A stretch of 24,000 nt of DNA from Chitinophagaceae bacterium (lineage in GTDB: Bacteria > Bacteroidota > Bacteroidia > Chitinophagales > Chitinophagaceae): the NCBI GenBank assembly GCA_035628135.1, contig DASPKM010000011.1:169093-193092 (forward strand), given 5' to 3'. Below, piece after piece: positions 17,938 through 24,000 of this stretch. The translations under genes were made by a program, and so were the position numbers. How positions within the stretch are numbered: position 1 is the first letter of the stretch; each line of letters begins with the position of its first letter. The notes beneath the pieces were generated by a model. The model searched no databases. It worked only from the letters and a program-made list of their open reading frames with translations, and was not told the DNA's origin.

Positions 17938-18726
17938 ATGCCTGCCGTCCTCATTTATATAGTCGGTGGTTACCTGTTGTTGATGCTGGTGGTTTATCTC
18001 ATCCAGGAGAAATTTATTTTCAAACCCGAAAAGCTCAAGCCAGGCTTCGAATACAAATACGATGTCCCTTTCCGTGAATTGTTCTTCGATGTAGAGCCCG
18101 GCGTACAAATCAACGGGCTGCATTTTCACCGCCCTTCGCCGTCGGGCCTGATCCTGTATTTCCACGGCAATACCCGCAGCATTAAAGGATGGGCAAAATA
18201 TGCAAAGGACTTTTACCGGTACAATTATGACGTGGTGCTGGTAGACTACCGCGGTTTTGGCAAAAGCACCGGCAAGCGCAGCGAGCAGGCCATGCTTAAC
18301 GACATGCAATTTGTGTACGACGAACTGAAGCGCCAATATCCCGAAGACCATTTGATCCTGTACGGGCGCAGCATGGGCAGCGGCTTCGCTACCAAGCTGG
18401 CTGCGGATAACCATCCCCGTTACCTGATACTCGACGCGCCTTACTACAGCTTTTCAAAAGTGGTGGAGCGCTTTTTACCCATATTACCGGTGCGGCTGGT
18501 GCTGCGCTACCATCTGCGCACTGATAAATGGATCAGGCGGGTGAGTTGCCCGGTGTACATCTTGCATGGCACACGGGATTGGCTGATACCCATCCGCCAC
18601 AGCATGAACCTGCAAAAAGCCAACCCCAAAAAAATCACCCTGATAAGAATATACAACGGTGGCCATAACAACCTGCCGGATTTTGACGAGTACCACAATT
18701 TTGTGAGGGATATATTAAAATACTAA
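17938..18726 (+). CDS. Membrane-anchored alpha/beta hydrolase, ABHD/BEM46-like serine hydrolase
   Basis: The track start at 17926 is a TTG. I prefer the ATG at 17938 (MPAVLIYIVGGYLLLMLVVYL, an N-terminal TM anchor). LYFHGN, the nucleophile elbow GRSMGSG, and HGTRDWLIP...GGHNNL supply the Ser-Asp-His context. Confidence 0.85.
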   Translation: MPAVLIYIVGGYLLLMLVVYLIQEKFIFKPEKLKPGFEYKYDVPFRELFFDVEPGVQINGLHFHRPSPSGLILYFHGNTRSIKGWAKYAKDFYRYNYDVVLVDYRGFGKSTGKRSEQAMLNDMQFVYDELKRQYPEDHLILYGRSMGSGFATKLAADNHPRYLILDAPYYSFSKVVERFLPILPVRLVLRYHLRTDKWIRRVSCPVYILHGTRDWLIPIRHSMNLQKANPKKITLIRIYNGGHNNLPDFDEYHNFVRDILKY

Positions 18727-18760
18727 GGGTTTATCTCCGTTTCCCTCCTAGCTTTGCGCC

Positions 18761-19567
18761 GTGAAAAGAAAAATCTTCCGTTGGATAAAAGTATTGCTGC
18801 TGATCTATTGCCTGATAGGCATCGGCATATATTCATTCCAGGACCAACTGATATTCCGTGGCGAAGCGGTGCCCAAGGACCAGCCTTATAATTTTACCCA
18901 GCCGCATAAGGAAGTGAACATTGCTTACACCGCGGGCTCCAATATCAATATCGTTCAGTTCCTAACGGCAAGGGATAGTGCAAAAGGAGTGGTATTGTAT
19001 TTTCATGGCAACCGAAAGAACATATCCTGGTATGCGAAGTACGCCAATATTTTTACCAGCAAGGGATACGAGGTATGGATGATAGATTATCCCGGCTATG
19101 GCAAAAGCACTGGCGAACGCACCGAAGCGATATTGTACGATTGGGCCCTGACCCTCTACAAGCTAAGCCGGGTAAGGTTTTCGCCAGACAGGATCATCAT
19201 TTATGGAAAATCGCTGGGAACGGGTATTGCCTCACAACTCGCATCCGTAAGGGATTGCAGGCGCCTGGTACTGGAAACACCTTATTATAATTGTGCTTCC
19301 GCAATCGGCCAATATTTGCCTGTCTATCCATTAGAAAGAATGCTTCGTTACAAATTCCCTAATTACCTGCACCTGCAAAAAGTAACAGCTCCTGTAACCA
19401 TCTTCCAGGGTACCAACGATTGGGTGATCACCCATCGCAATGCCAGCAGGCTGAAGCCTTTCTTAAAAGATGGGGATGAATTTGTGTCCATCGAAAAAGG
19501 AAGCCATAACGGCCTTGCAGATTTCACGATCTATCAAAATAAAATGGATTCTATTCTCGCCCGTTAA
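18761..19567 (+). CDS. Membrane-anchored alpha/beta hydrolase, a tandem paralog of the preceding gene
   Basis: 268 aa with a GTG start. The architecture and motifs match the upstream gene: TM anchor, LIFRGE, LYFHGN, DYPGYGKSTGERTE, GKSLGTG, QGTNDWVI and GSHNGL. Confidence 0.85.
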   Translation: MKRKIFRWIKVLLLIYCLIGIGIYSFQDQLIFRGEAVPKDQPYNFTQPHKEVNIAYTAGSNINIVQFLTARDSAKGVVLYFHGNRKNISWYAKYANIFTSKGYEVWMIDYPGYGKSTGERTEAILYDWALTLYKLSRVRFSPDRIIIYGKSLGTGIASQLASVRDCRRLVLETPYYNCASAIGQYLPVYPLERMLRYKFPNYLHLQKVTAPVTIFQGTNDWVITHRNASRLKPFLKDGDEFVSIEKGSHNGLADFTIYQNKMDSILAR

Positions 19568-19589
19568 CCGGCCGCCCGCGTTGCGCATA

Positions 19590-20369
19590 TTACGCTAGCA
19601 GTGCCCTGTAACGGTCTAACCGCGACGCAGGAATAAAATAATGGTTATGCGAAATGGCACGCAGGTCGGAATGCGCATCTATGCGGTACAACTTTTCCTT
19701 TTTAAGGATGTAAATGCTATAATCAAAAGGACTTAGCATATCGTTCATTTTAATGCGCTCGTTCTTATCGGCCAGCTCGCACAATATAACAGGCCGGTGT
19801 TGTTGCAGCACGCTTAGCATCGATGAAAAAACGGGCACCTCGGCGCCTTCCACGTCGCATTTGATAAAGTCCAGGCGCGACAGGTTGGCCAATAACTTGT
19901 CCCCGCTGGTGTTGGGCACCTTTTCGGACTCAACGTACTCGAGCCAATCACTCAGTTCGCGGATGCGCGCATGCCCGAATTTTTTTTGATTGTTTATTTT
20001 AGGAATGCCTATCTCCACGAACTCCCCGCTGCCACCTAAGGCTACTTTATGCAATTCGATATTGGCCCATCGATTGCGTGCTATTTGTTTCTGCAATACG
20101 GAATGGAATTTTCCCACTGGTTCAATTGCAATCACTTTGCCCGTGCCGCCGGCCAGCCTGCTCAATTGAAAAGTATAATAACCCAGGTGCGCGCCAATAT
20201 CAACACATACATCGCCAGGCATAATCATGTTCTTTAAAAAATAAACGTCCTGGTACTCATCGCCCAACCTACCGGTCTTGAATAAGCGCTGAAACCCGGA
20301 GCTCAGCAAGCCCAGGTATTGTTCTTCGCTCAATATTTTCTGAAGGAGCTTTCTTATCAACTTCATCAT
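19590..20369 (-). CDS. FkbM-family SAM-dependent methyltransferase
   Basis: 259 aa. The SAM-binding motif VCVDIGAHLGYYT and the later LDFIKCDVEGAEVPV block are typical of the FkbM family (TIGR01444-like). Confidence 0.8.
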   Translation of the reverse strand: MMKLIRKLLQKILSEEQYLGLLSSGFQRLFKTGRLGDEYQDVYFLKNMIMPGDVCVDIGAHLGYYTFQLSRLAGGTGKVIAIEPVGKFHSVLQKQIARNRWANIELHKVALGGSGEFVEIGIPKINNQKKFGHARIRELSDWLEYVESEKVPNTSGDKLLANLSRLDFIKCDVEGAEVPVFSSMLSVLQQHRPVILCELADKNERIKMNDMLSPFDYSIYILKKEKLYRIDAHSDLRAISHNHYFIPASRLDRYRALLA

Positions 20370-20390
20370 ATTAAAAATAAGCTAACCATT

Positions 20391-21341
20391 TTACCCATCA
20401 AGTTCCTTTAGCGTAACCCCTTCCCCGCTGATGATAAGCCTGTGCTTCACCCCGGTCTTTAGCGCATAATTTTCGGGCGCATGGCTCACAGGAAAGCCAA
20501 AGCATACCGGGTAGTCGTAGTCCTTTACTATTTCGTGAATGATATCGTGCACTTCTTTTCCATACGGCCTGGCGGTGTCCTGCATTTCGGTGAATCCGCC
20601 GATGATGAGGCCTTCCAGTTTGTCGAGCTTGCCATTGCGCTTAAGATGCCAGAACATGCGGTCGATATTGTACAGGTACTCTGTCACATCTTCAAGGAAA
20701 AGGATCCTGCCTTTTGTTTTGATGTCGGAGGAAGTGCCCGTGAGGTGCGCCACTAATGAAAGATTGCCCCCTACCAGCACGCCCTCAGCCTTTCCTTTTT
20801 TGTTATAGGCATGCGGAGGGCAGGTATAATTGGCCTTTCCACCGGACAGCAGGTTTTTTAAAGACAACACATATTCTGAGGTGGCGCCGCCATCGTTAAA
20901 GGCCGAAACCATGGGCGCATGCATGCCGGCCACCTGGTAATTGGTATAAATATGCGCCAGCAGTATGGTAATATCACTGTAACCGATGATCCACTTGGGA
21001 TGCTTGCTGAATTTCTTAAAATCCACCAGCTCGATAATGCGGCCGGTGCCGTAACCGCCCCTGCCGCACATTACAGCCTGTACCATATCATCGTCCAGCA
21101 TCTGCTGCAGGTCGTACAACCGCTCTTCGTCGGTGCCGGAAAAATAGTTTTCTGAATTGCCGCCAACGGTAAATCCGATCTTTACATTATAACCCCATTC
21201 CTGCAGGGTGTTGATGCAGGTTTGCGCTTTTTCTTCGGGCATGTAGCCGGCAGGGCACACAATGCCAATGGTATCGCCAGGCTGCAGGTAAGGAGGGATG
21301 ATGGTCATATCCGGCAAAAGTAAGTATTCAAAATTTTCCAA
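20391..21341 (-). CDS. LD-carboxypeptidase (peptidase S66, muramoyl-tetrapeptide carboxypeptidase-like)
   Basis: 316 aa. The sequence LQPGDTIGIVCPAG...GGYGTGR...GYSDIT (catalytic Ser context)...LEDV.E..Y..DR...L follows the S66 pattern. An alternative start is the ATG at 21308 (MTIIPPYLQPGD). Confidence 0.88.
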   Translation of the reverse strand: MENFEYLLLPDMTIIPPYLQPGDTIGIVCPAGYMPEEKAQTCINTLQEWGYNVKIGFTVGGNSENYFSGTDEERLYDLQQMLDDDMVQAVMCGRGGYGTGRIIELVDFKKFSKHPKWIIGYSDITILLAHIYTNYQVAGMHAPMVSAFNDGGATSEYVLSLKNLLSGGKANYTCPPHAYNKKGKAEGVLVGGNLSLVAHLTGTSSDIKTKGRILFLEDVTEYLYNIDRMFWHLKRNGKLDKLEGLIIGGFTEMQDTARPYGKEVHDIIHEIVKDYDYPVCFGFPVSHAPENYALKTGVKHRLIISGEGVTLKELDG

Positions 21342-21369
21342 TTTGCCAACCTTCCAATGGTTATTTTTG
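21342..21369 (+). promoter_or_regulatory. Candidate Bacteroidota sigma-A promoter for metG
   Basis: TTTG at 21342-21345 and an exact TAnnTTTG match (TATTTTTG) at 21362-21369, separated by a 16-nt spacer. The -7 box ends 20 nt upstream of the metG ATG. Confidence 0.4.
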
Positions 21370-21389
21370 CAGTCATTTTCAAATGAAGT

Positions 21390-23477
21390 ATGACTGATTT
21401 TAAACGATATCTCATTACAGCGGCGCTACCCTATGCCAACGGCCCGGTGCACATTGGCCACCTGGCGGGATGTTACCTGCCAGCGGATATATATGCCCGT
21501 TACCTGCGCGCACAAAAACGCGACGTAAAACTGGTGGGCGGCAGCGACGAACACGGCGTTCCCATTACCATCCGCGCGCTCAAGGAAGGCGTGAGCCCGC
21601 AGCAAATAGTAGATAAGTACCATGCGATCATCAAGGAAAGCTTCGAAGAAATGGGCATTTCCTTCGATATATATTCACGCACCACCAACAAGGTGCACCA
21701 CGAAACCTCGGCAGGCTTCTTTAAAAAACTCTACGACGATGGCCTGTTCGAAGAAAAAACAACCGAGCAATATTTCGACGAAAAGGCCAACACCTTCCTG
21801 GCCGACCGCTATATTACCGGAGCCTGCCCTATTTGCGGCAATCCCGGCGCGTACGGCGATCAGTGCGAAAAATGCGGTTCATCACTTAGCCCCGAGCAAC
21901 TCATCAATCCGCGGTCTACCTTAAGTGATGCGGTGCCTGTAAAAAAACAGACAAAGCACTGGTATTTTCCCTTGCAGGATTATGAAGCCTGGCTTAAAAA
22001 ATGGGTGCTGGAAGAACATACCGAATGGAAAAATAACGTGTACGGCCAGTGCAAAAGCTGGCTGGATAACGGTTTGCAATCCCGCGCCATGACGCGCGAC
22101 AGCAACTGGGGCGTGAAGGTGCCGCTGCCAGATACAGAAGGCAAGGTATTGTACGTATGGTTCGATGCGCCCATCGGTTACATCAGCGCCACCAAAGAGC
22201 TTACGGACAAATGGGTTGACTATTGGTGCAGGCCCGATACCAAGCTGGTGCATTTTATCGGCAAGGATAATATCGTATTCCACTGCCTGATTTTCCCCGC
22301 GATGCTGAAGGCGCATGGAAATTTCGTATTGCCCGATAATGTGCCCGCCAATGAATTCTTAAATATCGAAGGTGAAAAGGTTTCAACCAGCCGCAACTGG
22401 GCGGTATGGGTGCACGACTATGTAAAGGATTTCCCGGGCATGCAGGATTCGCTGCGCTATGTATTGTGCGCAAATGCGCCGGAAACCAAGGACAATGATT
22501 TTACCTGGAAAGAATTCCAGGAGCGCAACAACAGCGAGCTGGTGGCCATCTTCGGCAATTTCGTGAACCGCACGTTCGTGTTAATGCATAAGCTGTGCAA
22601 TGGAAAAGTGCCGACCCTGCACGCCGATGTAATGGACGGGGTTGATAAAAACCTGATATTGGAGTTTGAAGAAACGCGCAAGAACGTGGAAGAAAACCTG
22701 GAAAACTTCCGCTTTCGCGATGCATTGTTCAATGTAATGGACCTGGCGCGCAAGGGCAATAAGTACATGCAGGACAAGGAGCCCTGGATCATAGCTAAGA
22801 GCCTGCAGCAAAATCCCGAGTATCAAAAGCTCATCGATAACTGTTTGCATTTGTGCCTGCAGCTTACGGCGAACCTGGCCATTTTCATCAATCCTTTTTT
22901 GCCTTTTACCGCACAAAAAATGTTGCACATGATGAAGGTGGTGGATAAAATGCTCGATTGGGAAAATGCCGGCAAGCTGAAATTGCTGAGCGTGGGATAT
23001 TCCCTGCGTGCCCCTGAACTCTTGTTCAGGAAAATCGACGATACAGAGGTGACCGCGCAGGTAGACAAGCTGAGAGGCAATAAAGTTCAATCACCCGAAG
23101 AAAAAAATACCACAGTGGAACAACCGGCAGAAAGCAAACCAACGATTAAGCCTACGATTCAATACGATGATTTCGCAAAGCTCGACCTGCGCGTGGGGAC
23201 GATTACCTCGGCTGAGAAAGTGGAAAAGGCCGACAAGCTGTTGAAGCTGCAGGTGAATCTAGGTTTTGAAGAAAGAACCATCGTTTCTGGCATTGCCGTG
23301 CATTTTAAGCCAGAGGATATTGTGGGCAGGCAGGTGGTGGTGGTGGCCAACCTGGCCCCGCGTAAGATGAGAGGAATAGAGAGCAACGGTATGATATTGA
23401 TGGCGGAGGATGCGGAAGGCAAGCTGAAGTTTGTGAACCCGGATGAGGCCACTAATAATGGGGCTGGCGTGAGTTAA
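21390..23477 (+). CDS. metG: Methionine--tRNA ligase with a C-terminal tRNA-binding (Trbp111/EMAPII-like) domain
   Basis: 695 aa. The class I HIGH motif ([12 protein letters not shown]), the zinc knuckle [18 protein letters not shown] and the KMSKS-equivalent (KVSTSRN) are present. The C-terminal OB-fold reads [27 protein letters not shown]. Confidence 0.97.
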   Translation: MTDFKRYLITAALPYANGPVHIGHLAGCYLPADIYARYLRAQKRDVKLVGGSDEHGVPITIRALKEGVSPQQIVDKYHAIIKESFEEMGISFDIYSRTTNKVHHETSAGFFKKLYDDGLFEEKTTEQYFDEKANTFLADRYITGACPICGNPGAYGDQCEKCGSSLSPEQLINPRSTLSDAVPVKKQTKHWYFPLQDYEAWLKKWVLEEHTEWKNNVYGQCKSWLDNGLQSRAMTRDSNWGVKVPLPDTEGKVLYVWFDAPIGYISATKELTDKWVDYWCRPDTKLVHFIGKDNIVFHCLIFPAMLKAHGNFVLPDNVPANEFLNIEGEKVSTSRNWAVWVHDYVKDFPGMQDSLRYVLCANAPETKDNDFTWKEFQERNNSELVAIFGNFVNRTFVLMHKLCNGKVPTLHADVMDGVDKNLILEFEETRKNVEENLENFRFRDALFNVMDLARKGNKYMQDKEPWIIAKSLQQNPEYQKLIDNCLHLCLQLTANLAIFINPFLPFTAQKMLHMMKVVDKMLDWENAGKLKLLSVGYSLRAPELLFRKIDDTEVTAQVDKLRGNKVQSPEEKNTTVEQPAESKPTIKPTIQYDDFAKLDLRVGTITSAEKVEKADKLLKLQVNLGFEERTIVSGIAVHFKPEDIVGRQVVVVANLAPRKMRGIESNGMILMAEDAEGKLKFVNPDEATNNGAGVS

Positions 23478-23480
23478 ACA

Positions 23481-24000
23481 CTAGCCCTCGCTAATATTGC
23501 CATTTGAATCACAGGTATATTTCCTGGTAACGTTGGCGGGCAGCTTTACCTTTTTTATGCATTTTTCTTCATTGTCTTTTTTCCATATCAGAGTATGCTC
23601 GCGATTGGGCTCAACTCCTTTCTTTTTTTTGGTTGAGCCAATGGAATTGCCATTAATGTATACATCCAGCGTTCCGGTAGAAGATTCAAATACTATCACA
23701 GGCCATTGCTCAAAGCCCGCGACCCCGTTCCTGGAAAGCGTGATTACTGCGTTACCAGACCCGTTGAAGTCGAAGCTGTTTTGCCAAACTATTGGCGCAT
23801 GCCCAATAGCGGAAAGGCTTACATAAATCGGCTCATTTTTCTCCAGCAAAGGAACTTCCAGCCGTACTTCTCCGCGGGAGTCCGCGGCACGAAATATCTC
23901 CTTACCGGCAACCATAATTCTGGCGGTGCTCGCGACAGCCCCGTCTACATTTAATTTAATGACGAGGGTTGTTGTCTGGCAAAGTCCTGCATAGCTAAAA
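23481..24000 (-). CDS. Hypothetical protein whose N-terminus lies beyond the window end. It may contain a PEGA-like beta-sandwich segment.
   Basis: The track lists 23481..23915. My reverse-strand translation stays open in the same frame up to position 23999 (...AGLCQTTTLVIKLNVDGAVASTARIMVAGKE...), so the gene probably starts outside the window. LDVYINGNSIGSTKKKKGVEPNREHTLIWKK loosely resembles a PEGA domain. Confidence 0.5.
   Translation of the reverse strand, partial: FSYAGLCQTTTLVIKLNVDGAVASTARIMVAGKEIFRAADSRGEVRLEVPLLEKNEPIYVSLSAIGHAPIVWQNSFDFNGSGNAVITLSRNGVAGFEQWPVIVFESSTGTLDVYINGNSIGSTKKKKGVEPNREHTLIWKKDNEEKCIKKVKLPANVTRKYTCDSNGNISEG

Noticed and set aside
19568-19589. GC-rich 22-nt spacer (ccggccgcccgcgttgcgcata) between the convergent hydrolase and methyltransferase genes, considered as a terminator
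   Set aside because: It has no convincing stem (only 3-4-bp complementarity) and no U-tract on either strand.
1-24000. Search for a defence island, mobile element, prophage remnant, toxin-antitoxin pair, or tRNA/rRNA/tmRNA genes
   Set aside because: I found no integrase, transposase or recombinase, no terminal inverted repeats flanking a gene block, and no tRNA-like T-arm motifs. No nuclease, helicase or ATPase combinations typical of defence systems are present. Every large ORF is either a recognisable housekeeping gene or an envelope protein, so the window reads as core chromosome.

Overview
This window looks like ordinary core chromosome from a Bacteroidota genome, probably Chitinophagaceae or Sphingobacteriia-like. 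The evidence for that placement is a T9SS C-terminal sorting domain, exact TAnnTTTG -7 promoter boxes, and no Shine-Dalgarno motifs. About 90% of the window is coding. The confident housekeeping genes are a FabK/nitronate-monooxygenase-family flavoenzyme (cut by the window edge), a sugar-phosphate nucleotidyltransferase, glyA, uvrA, an ECF sigma factor, a DsbD-type disulfide reductase with a stand-alone nDsbD-like paralog, purQ, kup, two tandem membrane-anchored alpha/beta hydrolases, an FkbM-family methyltransferase, an LD-carboxypeptidase and metG. Several proteins have unknown function: a small 4-TM protein, a T9SS cargo protein, a polytopic membrane protein, a secreted repeat-like protein with an aromatic-rich insert, and a partial ORF at the right edge. 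I found no tRNA or rRNA genes, CRISPR array, transposase, integrase, toxin-antitoxin pair or recognisable defence genes, and I cannot honestly point to a new multi-gene system. The unexplained signals are all non-coding. The main one is a ~215-bp degenerate tandem array of a 10-nt unit (TCGGAYRTAS) between kup and the hydrolase pair. Two intergenic palindromes have arms built from short tandem oligomers: the 8-mer GTCAWTAR and the 7-mer GTNAAAA. A 472-bp non-coding gap holds a minus-strand intrinsic terminator about 300 nt beyond the uvrA stop. The main protein-level observation is the DsbD arrangement: the fused N-terminal domain has no cysteines, while the upstream stand-alone paralog keeps a CxxxxC pair.
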